Below are positions 1 to 14,094 of a stretch of 64,000 nucleotides of DNA, in pieces. The DNA comes from Octopus sinensis. Its lineage: Eukaryota. Under the pieces are notes generated by a model. That model was not told the DNA's origin. It saw nothing but the letters and a program-made list of their open reading frames with translations, and ran no database searches. Position 1 is the stretch's first letter, and every line of letters begins with the position of its first letter. Position numbers and translations under genes: made by a program. The DNA lies in the NCBI RefSeq assembly GCF_006345805.1, contig NC_043020.1, positions 23,994,001 through 24,058,000 on the forward strand, read 5' to 3'.

Positions 1-384
1 TCATTGCTACATTATGTTTCGTCTCTGCTACAAATTAATGCCTCTAATTGAGAGGAATAGGGAGGGAAAGAGAAAGAGATAGAATAAGAAGAGATTGATG
101 CAAGAAAGGGGAGAGGGTAGATCTTGTCCATTCATAAGGGAAACCTGGCGGCCCTTTTCACAGTTCCATGTCAAACACAGTTGTAATTAATCAGCGTTTC
201 ACATTGTTTTTCTTCTGCTCCTTTTGTGACTTTGCCCTCACACTTACACTCACATAGGTGTGCACTCAAACTCCAACTCACACATATTCTGCAATAATTA
301 AATTCCTTTTTCTAAAACACCATGGAATTTGGATCCCTCATTCACGGAAGTTCTGCGACAAATCTATAACTATAATAATTATGA

Positions 385-533
385 TTTCAGATTTTGGCAC
401 AATGTTTTCGAGGTGGGGTTTAGTCTATCGATCCCGAAGAATGAAAGGCTGTCGACCTGAGCAGAATTTGAACTCAGGACGTGAAGACGCATGAAATGCT
501 GCTGAACATTTTGTCCGGCATGCTGCCGACTCT
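385..533 (-). mobile_element. tRNA-derived SINE family A, degraded copy
   Basis: Reverse complement matches the family seen intact at 57646-57873 (gttctgagttcaaattc...gactttgcctttcatcctt). Confidence 0.7.
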
Positions 534-804
534 GAAATAGTCCGGCTATGGAAGATGAAGATAGGGCCAGTTGTTGTTTGTTCCTTGGGGACAGTATCAG
601 AAGGTGTCAAGAGGAGTACAAATGAAATTGGTATAGAGTACCCAGCAGAGCTGTTACAAAACTTTTGCCTCCTTGGCACGGCCAGAATAACCAGGAAAGT
701 GTTAAAGATAGCAGAAAAGAACCGATAGCATGGTAACGTAGGTTGTAAGCAGCAAGCCTGCTACGTATGCAAGACTCCAGGAGTTCCTACGAAACCTGAG
801 GTGT
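528..804 (+). mobile_element. 3' stub of RLE-type (R4/Dong-like) non-LTR retrotransposon
   Basis: 528-728 reads DSEIVRLWKMKIGPVVVCSLGTVSEG...LLQNFCLLGTARITRKVLKIAEKNR*, the typical RLE C-terminus; its 3'UTR matches that at ~47990-48075; followed by (TAA)n. Confidence 0.8.
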
Positions 805-839
805 TAATAATAATATTAATAATAGTAATAATAATAATG

Positions 840-905
<66 letters not shown>

Positions 906-928
906 GTGATTATAATAATAATGATTAT
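805..928. repeat. (TAA)n microsatellite
   Basis: Direct inspection. Confidence 0.95.
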
Positions 929-1140
929 AATCCTTCCTAATTTAGGCACAAGACCTGAAATTTGCGGGGAGGGGCCTAGTTAATTACATCCACAGTGTTT
1001 CACTGGTACTTAATCTACCGACTCCGAAAGGATGAGAGGCAAAGTCGACTTCGGAGGAATTTGAATTCAGAACATAGCAATGGATGAAATAGCGCTAAGC
1101 ACTTCGTCCAGTGTGCTAACGATTCTGTTAGCTCACTGCC
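929..1140 (-). mobile_element. tRNA-derived SINE family A, (TTA)n-tailed subfamily
   Basis: A/B-box-like head, conserved central gcctttcatcctt..gtcg domain and ...aaggatt(att)n tail on the minus strand. Confidence 0.85.
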
Positions 1141-1145
1141 AAAAT

Positions 1146-1146
1146 G

Positions 1147-1183
<37 letters not shown>

Positions 1184-1184
1184 A

Positions 1185-1245
<61 letters not shown>

Positions 1246-1270
1246 ATAATAATAATAATAATAATAATAA
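1146..1270. repeat. (CTA)n then (TAA)n compound microsatellite
   Basis: Direct inspection. Confidence 0.95.
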
Positions 1271-1623
1271 TGCGCAAACCTCCGCCAAGGAAGCGCCAAC
1301 GTTCTTTCAATGATTAGCCGGAAATGTTTTTTAAAATGAGAATATCTGAAATAAATTTGACTGCTCTCACAAATGAGAATACTAAAAATGAACGCGACCG
1401 CTCTCATAAATTAAGTAAAAAAAATTAGGAAAAATAATCCAGAATCCTTGTCCGGTCCCGTATAGATCCGAAAATCTAATCAGTCCGTGCCAGTCACGAG
1501 GCCAAACATCCCCGAAAGTTTCATCCGAATCCATCCAGCGGTTCTTGTTCACGGGCAAACAAACAAACAAACAACAAACACGACTGAAAACAATACCTCC
1601 GTCTTCACTAAGGCGGAGGTAAT
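1271..1623 (-). mobile_element. Non-autonomous Helentron/DINE-like element
   Basis: Subterminal inverted repeat acctccgcc (1278) / ggcggaggt (1612), terminal hairpin cctccgtc..ggcggagg and internal (AAAC)n; this architecture is typical of HINE/DINE-1-like elements. Confidence 0.6.
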
Positions 1624-1841
1624 GACAAATACTAATAATTTCTACTATAGGCATAAGGCCTGAAATTGTGGAGGAGGGACCCAGAAAGAATGAAAGTTAT
1701 TTGAACTCAGAACGTAGTGACGGGCTAAATACCGCTATGCATTTCATCCAGCGTGGTAACAACTGCCGTTTCACCGCCTTAATAATAATAATAATGTTAA
1801 TAATGATAATAATTATAATAATAATAATAATAATAATAATG

Positions 1842-1873
<32 letters not shown>

Positions 1874-2043
1874 TATTATTATTATTATATTTGTTGCTAG
1901 GATACGCATAAAGCGGAAAGTTTAATAGAGAGGGTTTGTTAAATATATCATCGCCCGGGATATACCGGCTACTGTATCTCCTTGATCCCGAAGGAATGAA
2001 AGGTACACTTGACTTCTGAAGATCTGAACTGGTGGAACTGTGA

Positions 2044-2094
<51 letters not shown>

Positions 2095-2414
2095 TTACTC
2101 AAATAAATATTGGGATAGTTAAGGCAGCCGAGTCGACATGATGCCGATACGCTCTGGAGAATAGTCCTTCACCTGCTCAGCCACTACACCCCTGTTCCCC
2201 AGGATATCCTGACTGTCTGCGATTGAGATATGATTAATGTATTAACCTTCCCCGTAAACGGAAGTAAGCGATATTTTAGTTAAATGATCTTTGAAAAGGT
2301 TACTATTTCATGCAATCAGTGCATCAGCGACAGGTGTGGAGAGGTTAATCAGTTAATGAGCTTTAAAACCGCGACTTAATCTTTATATTTCTGCTTCTTT
2401 CTTCATTGGTGCCG

Positions 2415-2580
2415 GTAAGATTGTACGGTAAGAAGTTTGTTTCCCAATCGCATGGTTCCAGTTTCAGTTCCACTGCATGACACCTTGTACAAGAGTCTTC
2501 TGCTATAACCACGGGACGATCAAAGCCTTCTGAGTGGATTTGGTGCATGGAAACTGAAAGAAGCCCGACGTATATACACA
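2415..2580 (+). mobile_element. CORE-type tRNA SINE family B (OR2-like), head
   Basis: ggtaagaagtttgtttccc..ggttcc..cactgcatgacacctt..gagtggatttggt..gaaactgaaagaagcccg then (TA)n. Confidence 0.8.
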
Positions 2581-2599
2581 TCTTTTACTTAGTTCAGGC

Positions 2600-3065
2600 A
2601 TTAGACTGCGGGGATCTTTTCCTTTTGAACGGCACTTTGTAACATAATTTCTAGGTAACTAAAATGTTTTAAACTTCGTATATTGGTAGAATGTGTTTAT
2701 AAAACATCATTTTCTCTTGGCTTTATTGAGAAAATTCTATAGTTTGTAAGATATTTCGTCTGAAATTTCGAGCATTTCGGCAATTTTAACTAATCGATTA
2801 CCTCCATTTAGGTAAACAACATTCCGTGCTGTATGAATATGTCCCTCGTTTAAGAAACAGATTGGGTTTATTTACATTTGCGAAGAAAAAAAAGATACCC
2901 TTCCCCCATCCCTAAACCTAACCCTACCCTAACCCTGACTAACCCTAACTCACCCTAACTCTAACCCTAAATCTAAAATAGATCGATACTAGGCTTATAA
3001 TTATGGGTGAAAATTTCATAGGACACCGCTACTGAAAATGGGATTTTTTTCTAGCGGTGTCAAAT
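2600..3065. mobile_element. Putative non-autonomous DNA element with degenerate (CCCTAA)n and subterminal hairpin
   Basis: Telomere-like ccctaa units 2910-2976; hairpin gacaccgcta (3022-3031) / tagcggtgtc (3052-3061). Confidence 0.4.
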
Positions 3066-3074
3066 GAAAATATA

Positions 3075-3245
3075 TATATGTATACGACAGGCTTCTTTCA
3101 GTTTCTGTCTGCCAAATCTGCTGACAAGTTGTCTGTCGGCACGAAGCTCTAGTGGAAGACACTTGCCCAAGATTCCCTATAATGGGACTGAACTCGCGAC
3201 CATGTGGGTGGGATGCAAATTTCTTACTACACAGCCACGCTTGCG
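3075..3245 (-). mobile_element. CORE-type SINE family B, head
   Basis: Reverse complement of the family B consensus. Confidence 0.75.
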
Positions 3246-3289
3246 CCTAATCATACGTCTGAGTGTGTGAGTGCGTTCGTGTGTGCGCG

Positions 3290-3485
3290 CTTGCGTTTGA
3301 TCCCCACCACTGCTTGATCAGCGGTGTTGGTTTGTTTGCCTCTTCGTCACTTACCGATTCGGCACAAAGACACCGATAGAATAAATACGAGTCTTTAAAA
3401 ACGTAGTGGGGTCGATTCATTCGATTAAGGAATCCGTCAAGGCGGCATCCCAGCATGGCCGCACTCTAATGACTGAAATAAATAA
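3290..3485 (+). mobile_element. Family B 3' module (gcttgacaacc..gataga..gcatggccgca..gactgaaa)
   Basis: Same module recurs at ~6090-6270, 8480-8670, 23635-23790, 29820-29965, 42150-42335 and 50990-51140. Confidence 0.7.
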
Positions 3486-3856
3486 AAAATAAAAAATAAC
3501 CGATTTTAAATCCTTGAAGCTAGTTTCCTTCCTCAGTGGATGAAGCAAATATAAGGAGTCCTAGAGGAATATTCACTGATTCAATCTACAAAGAAATCAG
3601 TCAGAAGGAAGCCACACCTCCACCACACACTCTCATAGGAGTATAAATCCTTCCATAGTACTCTGAGTTAGCTTATATCACTGTCAACGTGTGGTACCTA
3701 CTTACGGTTTGCTGGACTGTGTGTACTACAGATTGGGAAGAGATCTGAGTTTTAATTTCTTTTCTTGAACCTAGAATACATACTTGCAATGATTCCGGCG
3801 ATAACCATTTCTCTTTCTACCTATCTGTGTCCCCGCCCTCATATCCGCATCCACCT

Positions 3857-4010
<154 letters not shown>

Positions 4011-5544
4011 CTTTAGATTTAGATTTATAAAAAGATAGATTTACAGATAGATAAACACACATAAATAGATAGAAAGATTGAATGCTATTGAAAGATAACT
4101 AGATGGATAAACGTGTTTGTCTGATCTTTCTCGTGTCCCAGAATTTCAAAGTTTCCATGTCATCCTGATGAGGGAATTCTCAACAGAAAGATACACCATT
4201 GGCTTGTAAGCTTTTACAATGAATTCCAAACGTGCCAAGGGAATGACCAACAACCTATGGCTTTAGGACTATTCTCCATGCCAAATGCGAACAAGACGGA
4301 CAGTTTTACGTCATGGAATTGTGACAGACCGACACTGTTCCAATTGGAAACCCGGGTGGTTCTTTTTAGCCAGACCATCTTGCGTGCAACGCCTTCGCAA
4401 GTTCAAAACTTATGAACACCAAACGTTGTTGGGGTCTGTATTTGCATTCTCTTGCTCCGCTGTTGGACTGGGGTTCGTTGTGTCCAATCTAGGTTCCCTT
4501 CCTCGGTCTTTCCTTCTTGGACATCTCTTGTCGTAGTACTGGACTTTCGACATCGTTCTCAGAGTCACCGGACTGTGTAAGCCATCAGAGAACATGTATT
4601 CATATATGTCTGTCTGTGTGGTTGCGTGTGTGTATGTATAAAAGTATATATATACACACATATATATGTATATAATATATATAGCGACAGAGGGAGAGAG
4701 AGGAAGAGAGGGAGAGAGAGGGAGAGAGATAGATAGATAGAAGGGTGAGGTGGAAAGATAGGTAGATAGAGAGACATATCTATGTATATGCATGCACATA
4801 CATACCCGTACATATACACAAACATATACATGTATAATATGAAAACAGAGATATGATAATTTCGCAGACATATCGATAAAATAATCTTTGCGCTCCAGCT
4901 TTAGAAGAAAAGTCCAAGAAGGAAGAAATATTCATGGAACCGAAAATATACATTGATGCAAGACCAAACACATAAAGGCCCGCTGTTCCACCCCACCCCC
5001 ACACACTAGCGTGTGTGCGTATATAATGTATGTATGTATATATATATATATATATATAGATATTTGTGAGTGTCTCCTTATCTCTCTACGTCATTTCTTC
5101 ACCGCATTGACTAAACCTTTTATGGAAACTATTAATATCTCAATCTCACCAATGAATCTACGAAAATTCAGCATCGTCTTCACCTTCCTCCTCTTCTCTC
5201 TCCCCTCCCCTTTCACTCTCTTTAATGCGATCTTTCACTCTTTATCTCCCCTACTCCCTCTCTTCCTTTCCTTGTTTTTCTCCCTCTTTAATTTCTTCCT
5301 CTGTCATGTTATCATATCACTTGTACAAGACGAGAGGACAGCTGCTCAGCAGAACTGTTGTAGAGCGCCGGATAAAATGCATTGTGATATTTATTTTGGC
5401 TGTTTACGATCTGAGTTCAAATCCCACCATGATCAGCAGTGACTTTCTTCCCTTTCAGGGTCGATAACATACAGTACCAGTCGACTTCTGCGGTCGATAT
5501 AATAAACAACCAATTTTTTCAAATTTCTGATAAGTTTACTTCAC

Positions 5545-5667
5545 AAGCACATGTTTCTAGGTTCAGTCCGCCGCGTGACAGCTTGGCCAAGTAACATTGT
5601 GGATAATGATGGGCCAATCGAAGACTTGTGAGTGGATTTGGTAAGTAGAAACTGAAAGAAGCCCAAC

Positions 5668-5730
<63 letters not shown>
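5545..5730 (+). mobile_element. CORE-type SINE family B head with (TA)n
   Basis: ggttcagtccg..gtgacagcttggccaagt..gtgagtggatttggta..gaaagaagccc. Confidence 0.75.
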
Positions 5731-5922
5731 GTCGCCATGATAGATCGTTAGCCACTACACACATTTTTTTCTCTCCTTGTTTTTTCTGTGTCCCTTCTGT
5801 GTCCCTTTCTGTAGACTCGAAACGTAAAAGACTTTTTCTATTTCATGAGCGTTATACGAATACATCTGTTTATTTTATACACTACCTGTGTTCGTCTTTT
5901 GTTTTTTTTCGTAAACTCTCCC
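5731..5922 (+). mobile_element. (TA)n-bounded short element (Penelope pLTR-like), hammerhead region partly deleted
   Basis: Homologous to 41897-42085 and 56055-56225 (ctcgaaacgtaaaaga..gagcg..aatacatctgttt). Confidence 0.6.
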
Positions 5923-7172
5923 TATATATATACATATACAGACATATTTAACACGATGTTATACATCGCTGGCCACCATGCGCTTTGCATCGTTTTAACT
6001 TTTGACTATTGTCACTCCACTCGTTAGGCGAGCAGGACGATATATATATATATATATATATATACGCACACACACACACACGTGTGCGTGCGTTTGTGTT
6101 TGTTCCCCGACATGATTTTACAACCGGTGTTAGTGGGTTTATACCTTCCTAACATAGCAGTTCAGCCCAAGAGAACGATAGAATAAACACTGGGCTTTAA
6201 AAAAAGTGTATAAAACCCTTCAATGCGGAGCTCCAGTATGGTCGCAGTCCAGTGACTGAAGTAATTAAGACAAAAAGGAAACCAATCAAGGCTGTACCTA
6301 TGTTAGAAACAGTTGTTCTTTGAGAAAGGCATGAACATTCCATACTCTCGTATTTGAATAAGACAATGCTTTGACTATGTTGCGGAATGCAGGAATGTGT
6401 GTGTATGTCACTGTGTGAGTGAGTGTGCGTGCGTATGTGTGTATGTGTGTGTAAGTAATTGTGCATGTGTGTGTGTATGTGAGTGTGTATGTGAGTGTGC
6501 ATGTGTGTGTGTGTTATCAGGGAATGGTTTAATGGATCCATCAAAGTCGCTGGTCAATGCGATGTAATTACTTTTGCTTGAAGAGGACAACACGCATCTT
6601 GTCTCTGCCATGTGTGTGTAGGTGCGTGTATGAGTCTACGTATGTGTGTGTGTGTGAGTCCTCTTGTGTCTGTGTTCCGTGTATGTGTGTGCGTGTTTAT
6701 AAATATAGGTGTGTTTGCGTGTGTATGGGTTTGTCTGTCTGTCTATCCGAGTATATAACCCTGTGTCTGTATGTACATGAATATACGTATGAATGTGTTA
6801 GTCAAAGTGTGTGCACGGGAGTGAATGTGTGTGTGTGTGTGTGTGTGTGCGTATGTGTGTGTGTGTGTGTGTGCGTGTGTGAACGGATAGCAACTGTGAT
6901 GTGAATATTTCATCGTCCAAACGGAAAAAAACGTTAAATATATGAATAATACATCTAAGGTCAGGCAGTCATTCCATCTCTCTCTCTCTCTCTCTCTCTC
7001 TAATTCTGTGGTTTTGCTTCTCTGTCTCCCACTCTCTCTCTTTCTCTGCCTTTATTTCTCTCTATGCAAAAGTGTAGAGAAAGAGGGCGAAAAACAAGAG
7101 TGAGAAAGGTAGATTTTTAAATCTAAGCGGAGGAGAGAGAAACGTGAGTGTGTATATACGCGTATATATGTT

Positions 7173-7219
<47 letters not shown>

Positions 7220-7674
7220 GAAGGGATAGATTGGTGAATATCTATCTACATATATATATACATACAGATACATATATAAATACACACACTTACACGCGCA
7301 CACACATATGAGGTTAGATAGATAGACAGACAGATAGGTAGATAGATAAAGAGAGACAAGAACCATGTTTTTAAACGTATGCCTGGCATATGTGCTTAAA
7401 TTTGACGAAAGTTATCTGACAGAATTACCGCCTGCTTAAATCCTCTTCCTTTCGAGGTATTCTACTTTCGTAGCAGGAACAACCCAAGCAGAGATAAGAT
7501 AAAAACACAAAAAAAGAAAGAAAAAAGGAAAAAGAAAAGGAATAGATCGATACATTCATTAGATCGCCACTTATATATAAACAGAGTGAGAGAGAGAGAG
7601 AGAGAGAGAGAGGCAGTGACATGTTGAGAGAGATGCAGAAAGTGAGAAGAGGATTGTGGAGAAAAGGTTAAGAC

Positions 7675-7842
<168 letters not shown>

Positions 7843-10642
7843 TCGTGGATGAGTTTAAATTCTGCCTCACAGATAAAAATATTTTCATTATCGTGGGAAT
7901 GCGAAAACCTGCCAATTTACCAAACCGTTTGAATGATTTCCTTCTTCAAAGGATTCGGAGAATCAGATCGAAATCAAATAATGACGGAACACAATAGATA
8001 ATGCATTTATATATATATATATAATATATATATATATAATATATATATATATATGTATGTATGTATATGTATGTATTTGTGTGCGTTTGTATGTGTACTA
8101 AAGGACTAGGAAAGGTCACGCTACGAACGTTAGGGGGTTGCAGACTAAATGCCTTTAAGTATTATAAATAGTTCTGCGTATGAAGATGGATGCAAAGGTG
8201 AGGGATTCTAATTCAATAAGGGTGGAGGGCACCAGAGAACAGTCACGCGGTCACAGGTTTATATTATAATGAAAGGGAATGTGTGGTGGCTGTAGTGATC
8301 AAGACAGTGAGATCTCAAGTGCAGTTAAATATCAATACATTGCAAAGAGTTTAGGGAAAGACTGGAATCGCAGATCACCACGTCGAGTAGCAGCAACAAT
8401 TGGTCATAGAAGACGGATCATTGGGATTGGGACACAAACACACACAAACACGCATTCTTTTATTTTTTTATTATTCTTTTGTTGTTTTACTTGTTTTAAT
8501 CATTTGACTGCGGCCATACAGAAGCACCGCCTTAAAGTGTTTTGGGTTGAAGAAATTGAACCCCTTTGGAAACCGAGTACCTATTCTATCGGCCTCTTTC
8601 GCCTAACCGCTTTGTTGCGGTAAAATAAACACACCAACATCGGTTGTCAAGCGATGACAGGGGGACAAAGACACAGAAATGCATACAATTGCTCCATCTT
8701 ATATGATTGCAGTCCCCTTGTGTTTCTCCGTTGTCATTTCTGACATGACATCTCAGATGATTATCCAGTCCTGCAACGGATCCGCTTGGTTTGAAGATTA
8801 GGAGACAGACGAATGTTGCACCAGACTGTGTGCTTCCAACCGGTTAAGGTCTGCAGACTTCACCTCTCTCCCATCGCCAAAGGACTTTCAGTTGATGGAA
8901 TGACAAACGAGGGCACCACAAAGAGATATTTATCCGTCATCGGATTATAGTGATAAACGCCTGTACAAGGCAAGTCTCTGAATCTATGCGATTAGCAGCT
9001 AGAGACAGAGCAGAACGAAATGACTAGTAAACACGCGAAACAACCGGTTTTACATAGAAGGGTGCTCTGGCAACAGTTAGGGTACACTCACTCCCTTTGG
9101 CTTTACTGCGTACCCTGATCCCGACCAAGAGTATTTCTGCGTCACCGCGCTCAGATGGATTGGCATCAAATATGCTAGTTTAGCCATAAGTGGGACCCTG
9201 ACAGATGTTGCTTACTCTAGGACAGAGAAGATCAGGGATGTATTGGGACTAAGCGGAGCCACGCTCCTCAAAAGACAGAAATCCTTCCTAAATATACATG
9301 CATGCATACATACATACATACGTACAATAATAAACCTGACAAAATACTTTAGGTCAAAGAAGAGAAATTGTACAGTTGTGGAAATTTGCTGCCCAGCGGA
9401 AGTGAAAAATCAACGAAAAAGTAAATACCTTCGCCGAACTATTGAGAAACCTACACTTACTCTACCCAGACTACAAGTTCAGGTTTATACCTGTAATTAT
9501 GGGGGCACTGGGATGTGTAACACACTGCCTAAATATCAGTCTTAAGAAATTAGGCTTTTCAAAACCAGAAAGGAGGAAGCTGATTCGAAGACTACAGATC
9601 CAATCCATCACTGGAACTGTAAATAACTGTAAAATTTTCCAGAAGTTTATTATTTAAATATATATGAACATGTCTAGATATGCAACTATATGATTGAGTA
9701 TACATACAAAATACAAAACAAAACATGTAAATTTGCATACATACATACATAAATACTCTGTTGGTGGTGTTGAAATTCTAATGAAGGAACCTTGGATCTA
9801 GGTTAGAAACCGGTTCTTTCTCCATTGACAAGATATCTTGAAATAAAACTGAATAATGGCATTCATACATACACACATACATACATACACAGACACGTAT
9901 ACGATATATAAATATATCAATATAACTACACACACATATATATTTACATATACAATAGAAAAGTTAACGAGATATATGGACAGTTAGTTACACATACATA
10001 GGTAGATATAGAGAAAGATAAAGACTACACACACACACACGAAGATAGAAGATTAGATTAAGACTGATAGGCGGAGCGGATGAAGGGGGTAAAAATAAGA
10101 AAGAGGGCCTGTATGATATATTAGATAATAAGAAAACTATATACGTTTACAGCAGGACATAGAGAAAGGAAGAGGAAAACGTTGTTAGTTCTGGTGGTAG
10201 TGCTGATTTTAATGGAGGAACCAATAGAGACATCGGCTTTAAAAGCCATCAATTTTACCGCCATTACTTTTTTTCAGTCTTTTTTACTTGTTGTACTTCT
10301 TTCTTTTTTCTTCTTTTTTTTTTTACTTTTCTCTTTTATATATCTGTTTCCTTATCAGATGGTACATTGAATCATTTTACAAGAGATGTTTTTCCTCACC
10401 TCCAGTTTTTCGCCCTCGCCCTCTTTTCACGTAATTTCGCTACTCACCAGAAAATAAACTGTTATAACAGACAACAAGAGCAGAGAATTAGTCTTTAAAT
10501 GGTTCTAATCCACCCTTTTTTCTGTTTTATTGCATTTCTTTGCTTTCTTTGTGTGTTGTGTACTTGTTTTTTTTTCACTCATTATTTTAAGTAATAATAA
10601 TAATGATAATAATAATAATAATATAATAATAATAATAATAAT

Positions 10643-10860
10643 GATCCTTTCTACTCTAGGCACAAGGCCTGAAATTTTGGAGGAGGGGACTAGTCGATTA
10701 CATCGATCCCAGTGCGTAACTGGTACTTATTTAATCCATTCCGAAAGAATGAAAAGCAAAGTCGACCTCTACGGAATTTCAGCACAGAACGGAGCGACGG
10801 GCGAAATACCGCTAAGCATTTCGTCCAGCGTCCTAATGGTTATGCCAGCTCACTGCCTTA
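10643..10860 (-). mobile_element. tRNA-derived SINE family A
   Basis: Full head, central domain and (TTA)n tail on the minus strand. Confidence 0.85.
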
Positions 10861-10914
10861 GTAGTAGTAGTAATAATAATAATAATTTCGCTTGTGCTGT
10901 TACTACTGTTGTGG

Positions 10915-11700
10915 GCGGCCAGCTGGTAGAATCGTTAACATCCCAGATAAATGGTGAACGGCATTTGGACCGTCTTTTAGGTTCTGAGTTCAATTTCCAC
11001 CCTGGTGGACTTTGCCATTCGGAAGACCTTTCATTCTTTTGCGGTCCATAAAATAAGTACCAGATGTGTACTGGAGTTGATGTAATCGACCAATCCTTGG
11101 CCTTACGCCAATATATGAATGAAACGCTGAGGTCAGCTTTGCCTTGCACCCTTTCGGGGTTGGTAAAGTAAGTACCAGTGATATACTGCGGTCGATGCAG
11201 TCGATTTGACTCTCTGTCCCCCGAAAATCTGTTGCCCCGAGGTTAAAAACTGAAGTCTTAAAGGTGAAGAGCTGGCAATCTTTAGCATACTTCATAAAAT
11301 GCTTAGCGGCATCTCGCCCGTCTTTACGTTCTGAGTTCAAATTCCGCCGAGATTGACTTTGCCTTTTATTTTCTTAGGATCGATAAATTAAGGACCAGTG
11401 AAACACTGGGGTCGATTTAATCGAGTAACCTCACCCACAACAAAATTTTAGTGCTGGTACCTATAACAGAAAGGATTGTCATAACCGTTGCTACTGCTGT
11501 TGTTGTTATTACCACCGGGCGAAGTGCATAAGCGGTATTTTATCCAACTTCACGTTCTGGGTTCGAATTCCTCTGTAGTCAACTTTGCCTTTCATCCTTT
11601 CGGAGAGTCGATGAAATAAGTACCAGTAATACACTGGGATCGTTTACTTCGACTATCCACCTACTCCAAATTTCAGGCCTTGTGCCTATAGTAGAAAGGA

Positions 11701-11745
<45 letters not shown>
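10915..11745 (+). mobile_element. Cluster of 3-4 family A SINE copies ending in (TTA)n
   Basis: Repeated gttctgagttcaa..gactttgcc..agtaccag..ctggggtcgat modules at ~10915, 11285 and 11520. Confidence 0.8.
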
Positions 11746-11746
<1 letters not shown>

Positions 11747-12869
11747 CAGTAGATTTTGAAGTGGTAGTATTTGTAGTAGTGGTGGTGGTAGTAATAGGAG
11801 AAGAAAAAGGAAGGGGAAGAGGAGGAAAAACCGAAGAGGAAGAATCTCCATCATCATTGTCGCTATCGTCAACATCTTCATCTTTGCCGTATTCACTTTC
11901 TTTACATTCTCAGATCAAATCCCACCGTCGTCCAATGTTCACTTCTTTCCTTTTGGTTTGTTCAAAAATAGAAGCAGACAAGTCCTAATATCGATACAAT
12001 CGATTTCCCCCTTCCCCACCTATCCACATGCATTTGGCCTTGTGCCTCTTTTAGACACTTTAATTATGATTGTCTTTCGTTGTTGTCGTCATCATCATCA
12101 TTATCATCAGCATTATTTATAACTGACTTCATTCTGATATGGAAAAATGAAGTGTATCTAGAAATTCCTATTAACTTTGGATATTATTTTAAGCAGGTAC
12201 TTCAAACAGCGAGGGTCCGTAAATTTTTTTCTTTTTAGATATTTCCATTCTATTAAAACGTGCAATTCCAGGTATAAACTGCTTTCGTATTACATGAAAA
12301 TCGTGTCCTAAAGAAATTACAGTAAAAAAAAAAATAATAAATAAACGCTTACAAAAAATGTAAGGAAAATATTAATATCGTTATCAAGAAACAAATTTCA
12401 AAATAATAAATAAAATATTTCATCAAAAAATCATGACATAATAGGAAAGATGTTTAACGAAAGCAAGAACAACTACAACAAGAACAAGAACAATAACATG
12501 AACATCAACTGCAACAACATCAAGTAGAATAATACAGGTGCTCACTGTGAAATGTTTTGTTGAAAGACTTAAAGCGCGATAACATTTTGTCCACAAGACG
12601 CGCGCCAGCGTGCCACGCCTTGCAAAGTTTACCGCAAGCAAATTGGTGTAACGTATGTGTGTTCTGCACAGGACGAGATTGTTCTTATTCTAAGTCACAT
12701 AAAACTGGACATGGATCTGGCTTACATATAAAGCGAACACTTCTTCAATGGGACAGAGACGGCGTAGGGCATCATATGCGGCATTTTAAAAGAGAGAACG
12801 CGACTAAAGGGCAAACAGAAATTGTACGAGATTCACCTGGTCATAAGCTGTTTGCACAATATTAAAGAA

Positions 12870-13200
12870 CATCTTCGGTCATAGACGACAACGGGATTGC
12901 ATCTAGAAAGTTCCCCTCCAAGGCATAATTCCGAGCAAGTTTGTTTATGGAAGACCAGCGGTTGACCGCGCATAGCAGTCCCCCCTCTCCATGTCACCGA
13001 TGTTATCCAAGAGAAAGGCAAAGACCAATACAGCTTGGCATCAGTGACGTCGCAACTCAATTCTACAGCTACACAAACTGGAGCAACGAGAAATAAAGTG
13101 TTTTGCTCAAGAACACAACAGATAGTCCGCTTTGGGAATTGAACTCACTACCTCATGATTGTGTTCCCGACACCCTAACCACTGAATCATGCGCCTTCAC
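12870..13200 (-). mobile_element. tRNA-derived SINE family C
   Basis: Minus strand gtgaaggcgcatgattcagtggttagggtg..gagttcaattccc..tgtgttcttgagcaaaacactttattt. Confidence 0.7.
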
Positions 13201-14094
13201 TTCCATAATATTAAGGAAGGAAAAAATACAGAAGTCAGCATCAAAGACTTCGATGATACCGTCAATCTCTGGGGTAATTTTGTGATGACGTAATTTTCGG
13301 CAATATATGGTTCAATATATGTTCGGCACGAACATACACTTTTATCATGAATCCACAACATCACAAAACATTATCATGTTGAGAGTATCATGTTGAGAGT
13401 GTTTAAGAAGAAAGTCTTGTAGCACGATATTGAAGGTAGAAGGCCTAGTTGCTACACATGAGGAAGTACAAGTTATTTAAAGGGTTTCTGCCAGGAGAAG
13501 TAAAAGTTTAAAAAGCAGCAACAATCGGAACAAATCCCGGAGGTTGCTAGTTTTAAGGGAGCAACAGGCACAACACTCGGGTCGTCCAAACAACTGCTCA
13601 GTTTTCATTGAGAAGCGAAACAAGGAAACCAAAAACTTCATTTTCCAGCCATTTTAGAGACAACACCTCAAGTAGCGTGGACCTGAGTTCTTTTCGCAAG
13701 GGTAACAGTTTGGATGGTCACGAATAGATTGCATTTGATCCTAGACTTGCACATTCATGGCCGGCAACAACAAAGTCAACAACAAAAATAATAAAAACAA
13801 CAACAGCAACAACAACAAAATCAGTTACATCAAAGGTTGCAACCGCAATAACATCATCATTATCAACATCAGCTGCTCAATAGCTATTGCCCGCCATATC
13901 GGCACAAACCCGTCAGGTACCCGTCAGATACGCGTCACATACCCGTTACATGTAAATATAAACTCAGTAACGATAATGGTATTTTCATGATACCAATTAA
14001 CTCTTCTATGGCAGCCATTTCCTTCTATCAACCCCCCCACCACTCCACCGGCAACTACTGTTGCTGCCACAACATCAACAACTACTAACACCGC

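Noticed and set aside
2910-2976. True telomere or fusion site
   Set aside because: Short, degenerate, single orientation and embedded in a repeat-like element
4165-4195. CTGATGA..GAAA as a hammerhead
   Set aside because: Stem II is not adjacent to GAAA and there is no stem III or stem I
8700-9290. Coding exon or identifiable LINE fragment
   Set aside because: Stops in all frames examined and no motif I could recognise; probably an old repeat
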